Source of the DNA: Tetramitus jugosus
Taxonomy: Eukaryota; Protista; Heterolobosea
NCBI GenBank assembly: GCA_937625935.1
Contig: OW569387.1
Location: 186,001-250,000, forward strand
Length of the DNA stretch: 64,000 bases
Direction of reading: 5' to 3'
Positions 10,248 through 24,193 of the stretch are shown here, one piece after another. Both the position numbers and the translations under genes were made by a program. Each line of letters begins with the position of its first letter. Position 1 is the first letter of the stretch. The notes under the pieces are model-generated. The model saw only the letters and a list, made by a program, of their open reading frames with translations, did not search any database and was not told where the DNA came from.

Positions 10248-13200
10248 ATGGATATGAACGTGACGATTCCCAATAACAACAATAGTTCCAATGGTGCAAG
10301 TGCTCTTACAGTTGATAAGCGCCATCAATTCTTGTTTAACAAGGTTGCGGAGACAATGAGGATCGATCGATCCATTGTGGAAGAGATTGGCAGATCTAAA
10401 GAAAACATGCTTGTCATGGACATGTTTTTTCGGTCAGGAGGACCCATAAAGCTCATTTGGTTCTACTCACGACAACATGCATCCTTTACACTAAACACTT
10501 CTGATGATAATGAAGAAGATTATGACGATGCGGTAACTGTGAAGTCAGGATACTCCAGTGCAACGTATAGAACAAGTGCCACGAACACAACGAGTCAAGT
10601 CTATGACAATGATGGAAGTGTAATCTCTTCTCGTTCTCCCAGGAGTGGATATGAAGACTATCAACCAATGCTAGTCGTCACGACCGATCCTACCAGATTT
10701 GCATTGAAAAGTGGTGTTTGTGTTTATTTCTTGAAAGAGGAAAAGCGAATTAACATTACAACGAACAATGTGGAAGACGCGTTACTTTTTGGCGTGATAT
10801 CAGGAGCCAACGGAATGTTGGAAGAGTTAAGGAGACGATTAGGAAATGTCTTATTACCTTCAATGAAAATACAAACTGATTGGGGAGAGTTATCTCATGA
10901 TACTAACGTGACTCATTCTCAAGAAGTAGATGATTTCTTGGACAACATGAACAAATTTGTAACGACGGTCAATGAAGCCATTACATCCTTAACAGATGTC
11001 GTGCGGCTTCAACCTCCCAAAAAGAACTTTGGAATCGCGGCCAACACAAAGAGTTATTTGAGAGCAATATCGCGACCAGACGTTGTTCCCACCTTCGAAG
11101 AAACTGTCTCTAATTGGATAAGGCAGATCGAAGTTTTATTGGGGGAGGTAACGGCCATACGGGAAGAAAATGACGAAAGTGGACCTGCAGCAGAGCTGGA
11201 ATACTGGAAATCACGGATGGCAAAGTTTAATAGTATAACTGATCAACTTCGGAATCGGAGATGCAAGATCGTTTTAGGAACCCTTAAGGCAGCAAAATCC
11301 AATCTGTTGTCAGAGTGGCAGGTAGTAGATATGAAAATTACAGATGCTGCTAATGAAGCAAAAGTAAGTTAGTTCTTCCTCACATATAGATTGGTACTTT
11401 TTATTGACACAATATGGTACAGGACAATGTAAAATATTTGTACATTCTGGAAAAGTTCAGCGAACCCCTGTACAAATTCGATCCAGTTCAAATGATATCT
11501 GCCCTACCAGGATTGATCAACGCTATAAAAATGATGCATAGTATTGCCCGATATTACAATACTTCTGAGAGAATGACAGCTTTATTTGTCAAGGTAACGA
11601 ATCAGATGATTTCATGTTGTAGAAACTATATTTTGCAGCAGGGTAAGTTGTGGGAGCAAGATAGAACACAATTAATAGAAAGGTTTAAAGCCTGTATAGA
11701 CTTGAGCGAATCCTATCAATACTTTTATAGAAAAACAAAGTTGGAGCTGAAGATGAATCCACAGGGAAAGCAATTTGATTTCAGTGAGTCCGCAATATTC
11801 GGAAAGTTTGACCAGTTTTGTTGGAGAATTCAAAAATTAATTGATTTGTTTTCTACCGTACAACAATTCTCAGCACTAAGCGATAGCACCATCGAGAATA
11901 TACAACCCATTGTGAAGGGATTTGATGATGTTTTGGTTGAGTTCAAACGAAAAAAGTATAACTTTCTGGATTATAGAAGCACATTATTTGACAACGACTA
12001 TGTAGACTTCAACTACAAGATACAAGGTCTTGAAGCCAAGTTGGTCGATTTCATCAATCAATGCTTTTCAAATTCGAAGAGCACGCGACATTCTATAAAA
12101 TTGCTCCATCAATTTAGACATATCCTGCAGCAAGACTCCTTGCAAAAGTTGCTCGATGAAAAGCATAGAGCAATATTTAAAAAGTATGGTGATGACGTTG
12201 AGAAGATAATGAAGATTTACAACGCTCACAAGGACAATCCACCACTGCCCAGAAATGCCCCAAAGGTTTCTGGATCTATCGCTTGGGCAAGACAACTATT
12301 GCAGCAAGTAGAACAACCAATGGAATTATTCAAGCAAACGCCAGCCATATTGGAGGCAAAGGTATGTTCCCTCTGTTTTTTGTTGCAGGTTGTGAAGTGT
12401 TTGTGACACATTTTTTCTCCGATAAAGGGATCAAGCAAAACAATCAAGCAGTACAACAAATTGGGCCGGGCTCTGATCACCTTTGAAACACTATGGTTTG
12501 AAGAGTGGACAAAAGCTGCAAAAACAGCGAGAGACGGCTTACATGCGACCCTTCTCACACGAAACCACAGCACGGGCGAGTTGCATGTCAATTTTGATGA
12601 TTATTTATTGATGCTAATAAGGGAGGTTCATTGTTTGGAATCGATGGGATTCACTATACCCGATGCGGCCAAGAGTGTTTATAATCAGTCTAACCGGCTC
12701 AATTTTTATTCTGAAAAACTCAAGTATATGGTGAAAGAGTACTATCGTATTCTATCAGAACAAAACCCAATATATGTAAGATTAATGAAGCCGATGATCG
12801 ATAGAGTGAATGCAATTATTGAAATGGGTCTAACATCGCTGACGTGGATGTCATTAAATATTGAGATGTATATCAATACTGTATTCGAAGCATTTGTCAT
12901 GGTTGAGGAAACAATATCCAAGGCCAATGCGATAGTGACTCATCGTATTAAGGCGAGTAATACAGCAATTGCAAATACCTCATTGATAGTGTTTACCAAT
13001 GAGGTTCGGTCACTCAAACAGTTCCTTGCAGATCAGGAGCGACACACAAAGGATATTGCGAAAAAAATTGATATTAAGAACCAAGAGATAGAATCAGGTA
13101 CCAACGATCTAATACACCTACTAACATCCAAATATTCAGAAGCGGAGTTGAAACTAATAGAAGATGACACCGCGGAGTTGTTGGAAAAGAATGAAGAAGA

Positions 13201-16200
13201 GATGTTGGAGAATGTAGTTCATTGCTTGAGAACCTCTGTCAGACATTTGAAGGATCGAATCAGCGGTCAGGATGATGGTTTGAAAAAGCAGTCTCTTGAA
13301 AAACCGATATTATCTGCTCAGTTGAAATTAGCAATTCCTGAAATTAGATTGTATCCATCACTCGAAGATATCCAAAGGTGTGTCAACAAATGTGCAAGAA
13401 TTATGCTTGAATCGACAAAAGCAATTTATCATTGGGGTGAAGATAGAAGTAAATCAGATTGCAGAAGCGTTTATAATGTTGTAGGACAGAACAAGACAGC
13501 CATTAAACGCTTTTTGCAATTAACTGGTGCTATGGGAAGTTTGTCGGATAAAATTACTAATTTTATTCAACGATTCAGAGATTATCACTTCTTATGGAAG
13601 GACGATCGAAATGAAGAGGTACAATTGTTTGTAACTGGCAAACCTAGTTTGCAGCAGTACGAAGCAATGATTCATCGCTTCGCACAAATAGAGAAACAGT
13701 TGGACGAAATGCAGCAGTTCCACAAGTTAGGATCACTATTGTTGGATTTGAAGCCAATTAAGATGACCTTGAAAAACGAGGCTCAACAATGGAAGTATAA
13801 GTATGGACAAGCACTAAATGCTCGTGTTAAGAGAAAAATGGATAAGTTAGTGTCATTTATCGACGACACAACAAATAGTCTGGCTCGAGAGGCTACTGAT
13901 CTTGAGAGTGTAAATCAAACAATGTTTGTGCTGGAGAAATTGAGAGTCGAAGAGGGAAAGATTCATGCCAAATTAAAACCAATTGATGATGCATATGCTG
14001 TGTTGAACCAATATGGAATTAAGATTACAAAAGAGGAACAAGAGCAGGTGGAGGATGATGGTATTGCTTATAGTTGGCAACAACTGATCAAATTGTCCCG
14101 AGAAACAATGGATTATCTGAGACAAGTAGGGCCAGAGCACAAAAAGGACTTACTCGAGAAGGTGAAAATATTTGAAAGGGACATTACTGATTTTAAGCGC
14201 AATTATGACGCAAACGGTCCCAACGCGAAAGGAATTAAACCTGGAGAGGCTCAGGCGCGTCTGAAGGCATTCCAGAGTGCATTTGACGAGAGATTGAGGA
14301 AATGGAATACCTATTCAATGGGAGAAAGATTATTTGGTCTTCCAGAAACCCAATATCCAGAACTCGTTAGAATAGAGAAAGAATTAGGATTGTTGTCAAA
14401 GCTTTACGACTTATACTCTGATGTAACCATAACAGTTGGTGGATTTGAAGATGTAGTGTGGACTGAAATCAATGTGACAGATATGGAGAATGTTTTATCG
14501 AGCTTTCAATCAAGAGTTCGTTCCATGCCTCTTGGTTTGAGAAAATGGGAGGCCTTCTTGGAGTTAAAACAGTTGGTCGATAATTTCTTCAACACTTTAC
14601 CACTTCTCAATTTACTCAGCAATCAAGCTGTAAAAGACAGACACTGGCGAAAGATTTCTGAATTGTGCGGAAGAGAGCTCGATTATAAGAACCCCGAGTT
14701 CAAGGTGAAGAATCTCATTGATGCTAAGCTTGTTGAGTTTAAAGAGGATGTGGAAGAAATTTGTACTGCAGCAACAAGAGAAGCTGACATCGAAACCAAA
14801 ATGAGAGAAATTGATGAAGAATGGAAAATCAAAGTTGTCACGATCGGTTCGTTTAAAGATAGGGGTAATCTCATTCTGAAGGATACTTCGGAACTGATGA
14901 CTAGCATCGAAGAGAGTCAAGTAACATTAGCCACATTACTCGGTAATATTTACAATGAGCCCTTTCGTAAAGACATTCAATTGTGGATGCAAAAGCTATC
15001 CACTACTCAAAGCGTTGTTGATGATTGGCTAAAAGTACAAGCGTTATGGGTTTATATGGAGGCTGTACTTACTGGAGGAGATATCGCAAAGGAATTGCCG
15101 AATATTGCCAGAAAATTTAATACAGTTGATCGTTCTTGGATCAAGATTATGTCAACTGCCGAAAATGATCCAAAAATCATCAAGTTGTGTTATGCTGATG
15201 AGTCATTGAGAGAAATATTGCCTCACTTGAAAGAAACACTCGAGTTTTGTCAGAAGTCTTTATCTGGATACCTAGAGGCAAAACGTGTTATTTTCCCTCG
15301 GTTTTATTTCTTATCTGATGCTCAACTTTTGGAGATTCTGGGTCAAGGGAGTGATCCTGACACGATTCAGAAACATTTTATTTCTTTGTTTGCAAATGTT
15401 GCAAGAGTGGAATTTGACCAAAAAGAAAAGAATCACATTATCGGAATGTATTCTTCAGAAGGAGAATATGTGCCATTTTCTGATCCTGTGATATGTCAAG
15501 ATAATGTTGAGAATTGGTTAAACAAACTTGTGGGTGAGATGCAGACAACGATAAATGACATTATTCGTACAATGAGTGCATCCGTATACAACGAGTTAAC
15601 TTCGTGTACAGAGGACAGGCTGTTGAAGTTTATCAAAACATATCCTTCTCAAGTTGCACTTCTTGGGTTGCAAATCTATTGGACTTTTGAGGCAGAAATG
15701 GCTCTTAGAAAGGCCTCCAAGAACGAAAAAGGAGGAATTATGCAACTCACCAAGAAAAAGTTTGACATGATTAATGATTTTCTTGTTAATTTGATCAAAA
15801 AGGATCTCAGTAGTCTTGATCGAACATCCATTGAAACTCTAATTACTATTCATATTCATCAATGCGAAATATTTGCGAACCTAGTTCGGAAGAAAGGAAA
15901 GACGGGATCTCCTTCTGATTTTGAGTGGTTGAAACAGACAAGATTCTATTGGAAGACTGAGAAGGACAGATGTGTCGTGAGCATAACGGACTCTGACTTT
16001 GAGTACTGTAATGAGTATCTGGGTTGCACGGATCGTTTGGTTATTACACCTCTAACAGATCGTATCTATATATCTTGCGCTCAGGCTATGGGTATGTTCT
16101 TGGGTGGTGCACCTGCTGGACCTGCAGGTACAGGCAAGACCGAAACAACAAAGGACATGGGTAGAACAATGGGCAAATACTTTATCACCATCAACTGTTC

Positions 16201-19200
16201 TGATCAAATGGGTTACATGTCGATGGGCAACTTGTTCAAGGGTATCGCTCAGAGTGGAGTCTGGTGCGGCTTTGATGAGGTGAATCGTGTTGAATTGGAA
16301 GTTCTCTCTGTGGTAGCAGCGCAAATCAAGTGCGTGTTTGATGCCATGAAGTTCAGAAAACCAAAATTCGTTTTCACAGATGGAACGACTTTGAATCTGG
16401 ATCCAAAATGTGCAGTGTTCATTACCATGAATCCAGGTTATGCTGGTAGAACTGAATTGCCAGAAAATATGAAGGCTCTGTTTCGAACGATTGCAGTAGT
16501 CGTGCCTAATCGTCGTATTATTATGCAGGTCAAACTGGCTTCTGCTGGCTTCCATGATCACTCGGTACTCTCCAAAAAGTTCTTCGTGTTGTATCAGTTG
16601 TGCGAAGAACAATTATCAAAACAGAATCACTACGATTTTGGTCTTCGAAACATTCTATCTGTTCTGAGAACCTGTGGACGTACCCTCAGAGAACTCACGA
16701 ATCGTAAAGATGCTGTGGCAGTCAACGAAACCAGAGTATTGATGAGAGTACTTCGCGACATGAACACATCGAAACTTGTGGATGAAGATGGTATTTTGTT
16801 CAATGAACTACTGAATGATCTATTCCCCAACGAAGAGATTCAAGATGACTCCTATGTTGACTTACAGAGAGGTATTGCAAAAGCAGTCAAGGATAAACGA
16901 TTGATTGACCATCCAGACTGGAACAGAAAGATTGTAGAACTCTATGAACAGTACAAGGTGAGACATGGACTATGCATCATGGGTCCGAGCGGTGTTGGCA
17001 AAACTACGTGCATTAGAGTGTTAGCAGATGCATTGACTCAAGTGGAGCCTGTTCCTACAAAGATTATGAAAATGAATCCAAAGGCAATCACTGCAAATCA
17101 AATGTTTGGTATTCTCGATCCAAGCAACAATGACTGGGTGGACGGTATCTTTTCTGCACTGTGGAAGGGAGTGATGAGAGGCGAGCAAGAGGGTAAGAAG
17201 GAAAGTTCCTGGATCCTATTGGATGGTCCTGTCGATGCCGTGTGGATTGAAAATTTGAACACAGTGCTGGATGATACTCGATCCTTGACATTGGCCAGTG
17301 GTGATCGATTGGGTATGCCTAAGTCTTTAAAGCTGGTTCTTGAAGTCGGAAATCTAGATAACGCTTCGCCTGCAACAGTCTCTCGTGTAGGTATGGTGTA
17401 TATTGGCGAGCATTCTCTTGGATGGAAACCATGTTTCCAAGCATGGCTTCTCAAGCATGAATCCAAGGATAGAGTCAAATCTGTGTTAGAAAAGCTCTTT
17501 GATGTTCATATAGATGCGATTTTGAGTTTTATTGAACTCAAATGTGAGAAGAAGATGCCAATGATTGATAGTAATCTCGTGCAGAATTCACTAAAGTTGT
17601 TAGATGGACTCTTTTTATCTTATCCCAATATTTCAAGTATGACTGAAAGATGTATCGAGAGAATATGCATCTTTGCCATCGTTTGGGGTGTTGGTGGCGT
17701 TATTGGATTTGATGATAGACAAAAACTTCACCAATTCATGCTAGAAAGAAAACTTGACCTTCCAGCTGTTGACTCTGTTGATACAGTCTATGAATTCACT
17801 GTTGATGAGAGCGGAGAATGGCAACATTGGAAAACCAAGGTTCCCCTTTACAAGTACCCAACTGACCATACCCCCGAGTTTAACTCCATCCTTGTTCCGA
17901 CGGTTGATAGTGTTCGTGCAAATTATCTCATCGACTTGATTGCCAAGCAAAAGTTAGGAGTTTTGCTCACTGGTGAAAGTGGTACAGCAAAGACAGTGAC
18001 GATACATGAATATGTTCGAAACTTGGATTCATCCAAGTATAAGAACAAGATAATGTCTTTCAGTTCTGCTACTACTCCCGAATTGGTTCAGACAGCTGTC
18101 TTCACAGCAATGGAGAAGAGAATCACAAATGTGTATGGACCACCGCCCAATCGTCTAATGAACATTTTCATTGATGATATTAGTATGCCGGAGATTAATA
18201 CATGGGGCGATCAAATTACAAATGAGTTGGTCAGACAACTTGTCGAGGATGGAGGATTTTACAGTTTGGAACATGGAAACGCTGGTGTGTGGTTCAGTAT
18301 CGTGGATGTTCAATTCTTTGCCGCGATGAATCACCCTGGAGGAGGCAGAAATGATATTCCAAATAGACTCAAACGGCACTTCTCAGTGTTTAATGTCACT
18401 TTCCCATCAAACAAATCGATTGACTCTATCTTTGGCTCTATTTGCGAAGGTCACTTCAGTAAAGCTAGGGGCTTTGCAGACGATGTTATTCAAACATCGA
18501 AGATTCTACCCACTCTTACGAGAACACTCTGGTCGCTCACCAAAGCTAAAATGCTTCCAACTCCAAGCAATTTCCACTATATTTTCAATTTGCGTGATCT
18601 AAGTCGGATCTTTCAAGGATTGCTTCAAGGTGCCAGTGAAGTCATAAAAAATAACGGCAATCTATTGAGTCTGTGGAAGCATGAATGCGAGCGTGTACTA
18701 CAAGACAAGTTTAGCAATGAAAAGGATAAGATATGGTTTGCCAACTGCATCAAAACAATTTTGAAAGATGAATACAACGAAGACGTTGCCATCAAAGTAA
18801 CGAAACCGAGATACTATGTTGATTTTATGAGAGATGCAGTTATCCCTGACGATGCAGATGTCGATGAGGATGCTGATGTTGATGAAGGGGCCATTGAAGT
18901 ACCCAAAGTTTATGAGCCAATTGCATCAATGGAGGAATTACAAAACAAGTTGCAAAACTATCTCATCCAATATAACGAAGTCAACAAGCGAGAACCTATG
19001 AGCTTGGTGCTATTCGATTTTGCGATGATTCATCTGATGAGAATTTCTCGTGTTATTCGATCAGAGAGAGGTAATGCTCTGCTGGTTGGTGTTGGTGGTA
19101 GTGGAAAGCAGTCTTTGACAAGGCTAGCCTCCTTTGTAGCTGGATATCAAACTATTAAGCTCAATGTTACCAAGAATTACACCATTAATAATCTACTTGA

Positions 19201-22200
19201 TGAATTGCGCAAAATTTTCAGATCTGCAGTGCTCGAGAAGCCAGTAACATTCCTCTTCACTGACAATGACATTAAGGATGAAACTTTCCTCGAATATATC
19301 AACATGATCCTGACATCAGGAGAAATTCCAAATCTTTTCGCGAAGGACGAACGAGAATCGATAATGGAGGAACTAAGACCAATCGCATCCAAGTTAAATC
19401 CTGGAATGATGTTATCACCAGAAAATCTCTACAAGTTCCTGATTGATAGAGCCAGAAATAATTTGCATGTTGTTCTTTGCTTCTCTCCTGTGGGTGATCA
19501 GTTCAGAACGAGAGCACGTAAATTCCCGGGGCTTATCAGTGGCTGTACCATCGATTGGTTCCCACCTTGGCCAATTGAAGCCTTGCACGCTACTGCAGAC
19601 AAGTTCCTTCAAGACCTTCCAATTGTCAGTACTCCTAAACAAAAGAAGGAACTTGTGCACTACATGTGTAACGTTCATGAAACGGTTGTTGGATTAGCAA
19701 AAGAGTATTTCAACAAATATAGAAGGAATACCTATGTGACTCCAAAGTCCTATCTATCATTCATCGAGATGTATAAAACGATATACGAACAAAAACACAC
19801 CGAAATCAAGAGCCTGGCAGACAAGGTTAATAATGGTCTTAAGAAGTTGCATGAAGCCTCCAAGGGTGTTGCAGTCATGAAGGAGGAACTGGCGAAGAAG
19901 GAAAAGCAACTCGCCATTGCCCAAAGTAATGCAGTGCTTCTTTTGGAGAAGGTCTCCAAACAAAAAATGATCGCTGAAGAGAAAACGAATGAAGTGAAAA
20001 AGAAGAGTGATCTCTTGGAGCAGGAAGCGAACCTCATCCAAAAAGACAAGGATGAAGCTGAAAAGGAATTGAGTGAAGCAAGACCAGCTCTATTAGCTGC
20101 CGAAGAAGCGGTGAACTCGATCAAAAAGGATGAATTAACCGTAGTTAAGACCTTTACTACTCCACCCGAGCCAATTACTCGTGTGATGGACGGTGTTCTG
20201 ATCATCCAACAGCTCCCAATCAACAAGAAAATTATCATGAATGACAAAGAATTTAAAGCAAGTAAGGGTGAGAAGAAGGTGATGGTAGCCTCATGGAAAG
20301 AAGCGAAAGACATGATGAATAATATCAAATTCATGAATAATCTAGTGTCTTTCAGGAAGGAAACTCTTAATGATGAAACTGTTGAGTTATTGGAACCATA
20401 CCTGAAACAAGCAGATTTTAACGAAAAGGATATGATGACTCGATCATCTGCTGCAGCTAAATTGTGCAAATGGGTTATTTGTCTCGTCAACTTTTATAAC
20501 ATTGCCAAAAATGTTGCACCCAAACAAGAAAGAGTAAGATTAGCTGAAATTTCTCTCAGAAAAGCCATGAAGCAGCTGGGAGAAGCGCAAGCAGACTTGG
20601 CACTCAAACAAGCAGAACTCGATAAGATGAAGGCGAAACTCGACCAAGCAATGTTAGAAAAGAAGAAATTGGAAGATGATGCTCTCGATACCAAGAGACG
20701 TATGGAAGCAGCAGAAGCCTTGATTAAGGGTCTTGGTGGTGAACGAGAACGCTGGACTCAAGATAGCAAGCTATTTGATCAAAGAATTCAACGTTTGATT
20801 GGTGATGCGGCTCTTGTCTCTACCTTCTTATCGTATGCTGGACCTTTCAACCAAGAATTCAGACAGAGAATTCTGCATGAATTTGCGGTGGCAGGTTTGA
20901 AAGAAAGAAGTATTCTCTACGATGAAGACACAGATATTGTAAAGTTCCTAGTAAATCCTACGGTGATTGGAGAATGGGTGATCAAGGGACTCCCTAATGA
21001 TGATTATTCAAGTCAAAATGGTATCATTGTTACAAAAGCCACTCGATATCCACTCTTGATCGATCCTCAGGGACAAGGTAAAAACTGGATCAAAAATAAG
21101 GAGGGAGCCGACTTGAAAATCACAAACTTGAACAATGATACATTCAAGAATGACTTAGAAAATTGCTTAGTATTCGGCAATCCTTTACTGATAGAAGATA
21201 TCGGGGAAGAATTAGATCCAATACTGGATAATGTTCTGGAAGGTCGTGTAACAAAATCTGGAAAGAACCTAAAGATCAGAGTGGGAGATAATGAGGTTAC
21301 CTTCAATCCCAAGTTTAAACTATTCATCACTACTAAACTAGCTAATCCTAGGTATACACCTGAACTGTATGCAAAGTGCTCGGTTATTGACTTTACTGTC
21401 ACATCCACTGGTCTCGAAGATCAGTTACTAGGTATTGTTATTGTGAAAGAAATGGCTGAACTGGAAGAAACAAGAAAGAAACTTATGGAGGATATTCAAA
21501 GTTGCAAACAAATTATGGACGAATGCGAACAAGATCTTTTGGACAAACTTGGAGCAAACACTGGTAAAAGTTTACTAGACGATGATGAACTAATCCAAAT
21601 TTTGGCCAAGACAAAACAAAGATCAAAAGAAATGAAGGAAAAACTTGCTGGAGCTGAAGAAACAGAGAAGAATATCATTGTTGCTAGAGAACAATTCAGA
21701 CCAGTCGCAGCTCGAGGATCTGTCATGTATTTCGTTATTACTGAACTTAGTTTGATCAATGTCATGTACCAAGTCAGTTTACGTCAGTTTATCAAGCTGT
21801 TTATTGAGGCTATTGATGCATCGACTCCTGACAGATCGACATCAAAGAGAATCGAGAACATTACCAATCATTCCACTCACTCCATTTTTAAATATGTGCA
21901 GCGTGGATTGTATGAGAAGGATAAAATTATATATGCACTTCTCCTGGCACTCAAGATCGATCTGAAAGCAGGACACATTACTCAAAAGGAGTTTAGTACA
22001 TTCTTACGTGCTGGAGCAGCATTGAACTTGAGTGAAATCAGAAGAAAACCGTTTAACTGGATCTCTGATATTGCATGGGTCAACTTGGTCAGTTTAACAG
22101 AAATATCCAAGTTTAAAGCTTTACTGCATCAAATCGAAGGCAATGAGGCTGATTGGAGAGGATTCTACGATTCAAAAACACCCGAAACAGAAGTTGTACC

Positions 22201-24154
22201 AGAGGGGTATCAGTTAGATTCATTCCAACATGCTCTCCTCATTCGATGCTTCCGTTTAGATCGAACTATGAAAGCATCTGCCTCATACATCATGCAGACA
22301 CTCGATGAGAGGTTCGTTAATAGTGATCCGCTCAATCTCAGTGATACATGGAAAGAAACAGATTCCTTGACTCCAATCATATGCTTACTTTCTATGGGTT
22401 CTGATCTCACGGCCGCTATCGAAACCCTTGCCCAAGACAATAAGATAGCGATCGACAGAATTTCCATGGGACAAGGCCAAGAAAAGAAAGCTCATGAGAT
22501 GGTACAGAATGCTATCGAAAACGGTAGTTGGGTATTATTGCAGAACTGTCACTTGGGTATCAAATATCTGTCCCAGTTAGAAGAAACATTGCTGGAATTA
22601 ACCAATCATGATAATTATGATAAGAACTTTAGAGTGTGGATTACCACTGAACCAACACCACGATTCCCCATCAATCTATTGCAGATGTCAATCAAGGTCA
22701 CTGATGACCCACCAACAGGAATTAGAGCCTCTTTGCTTAAATCATATTCTCGAATCAATCAAGAACGATTAGATCAGATAGAAACAATGGAATGGAAAAA
22801 ATTGTTGTATAGTACTTGTTTCTTGCATTCAACGTTGGTGGAGAGGAAGAAATTTGGCCCTCTCGGATGGTGTGTGCCATATGAATTCAATCAATCTGAC
22901 CTGGACTGTGCTATCGCTTTCTTGTTCAAGTATCTGTATGAAACAGACAGTAAGAAGATACAGTGGAGCACTGTTCGATACATGATTTGTGAAGTTCAAT
23001 ACGGAGGTCGAGTTACTGATAACTATGACAATGTACTACTCGATTCCTACTCGAAAAAGTTTTATAATCAATTGGTTGTGACTCAGAGAGATTTTGCTCT
23101 GCACAACGGCTACACAATTCCAGAGACATCTAAGATCGAAAAGATCAAAACACACGTCGAAGAACTAGATTTATTCGATCCTCCTGAAGTGTTTGGTCTC
23201 CATTCCAATGCAGAGATTTCCTTCAACAATTCAACTGCGAACCATGTTCTCGAAACTATCATGAACATTCAACCCAAGGAGTCTTCAGGTGGAGGAGGTG
23301 AAACAAGAGAAGATATTGTTGCTAATATTGCGAAGTCTCATCTGGAGAAGTTGCCAGAAAAATTCAATGAAGTATGGGTCAAGAAGCAAATCGTAAAACA
23401 TGACAAGGAATACAATGGAATGAGCCCATTAAGCATTTTCTTGAAGCAAGAAATTGATCGTATGCAAATTGTGCTGGTCCTCGTGAGAAAAACTCTAGAA
23501 GAACTGTTGCTGGCAATCGCTGGTACAATTGTGATGAGTCCTGACCTACAGGAAGCATTGAATTCTCTGTATGATGCTCTGGTACCTCCAAGATGGAAGA
23601 AAGTTTCATGGGAGAGTCCAAATTTAGGCTTGTGGTTCACAGATGTGCTTAAGAGACACGAACAATACATGAATTGGTTGGAGAATGGTGCTCCTCGGTG
23701 CTTCTGGTTCTCAGGATTCTTCAATCCTCTTGGATTCCTCACAGCTGTAAAGCAAGCCTCAACTCGAAAACATTCTGGATGGTCACTGGAAAGCGTGAAA
23801 TTGAAGACCGACCTCATGAAGGATAAAATGACCAAGGAATCTGTTCCCGCGTGTGATCCCTCAGAAGGTGTTTACATCTATGGGCTGTTCCTCGAAGGAG
23901 CAAAGTGGAGCGGTGCTCAGAACAAGTTGGTTGATCCAGCTCCTAAGGAACTGTTCCACCAACTGCCCATTATTCATATCACCGCAGTTGCGGCTGTTCA
24001 AGGAGGCGACATGACGAATAGCTACACGTGTCCTGTCTATGCTATCCCTCGAAGAACAGCTCTCAACTACATATTTGATATCACCCTGAAAACGGATGAG
24101 GAACCAAGCAAATGGACAATGAGAGGAGTTGCTGCCCTTTGCTCGAAGCATTAA
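10248..24154 (+). CDS. DNAH5/8: Axonemal outer-arm dynein heavy chain, DNAH5/DNAH8 (ODA gamma) type; exons 10248-11363, 11423-12361, 12428-24154 (~4593 aa)
   Basis: DHC_N1 with NEAK|DNVKYL and YYNTSERMTALFVKVTNQMI; P-loops GPAGTGKT, GPSGVGKT, GESGTAKT, GVGGSGKQ; stalk; C-terminal WTMRGVAALC; introns GTAAGT..CAG (59 nt) and GTATGT..AAG (66 nt) keep frame. Confidence 0.95.
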
Positions 24155-24193
24155 TAAAATATTCTAATTGTGTCTAAGTAATAATTAATGTCT

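Noticed and set aside
12068-24151. Many 60-250 aa antisense or alternate-frame ORFs inside dynein (also in the adhesin, SPATA20 and IFT172)
   Set aside because: Shadow ORFs of long coding sequences with no recognisable domains
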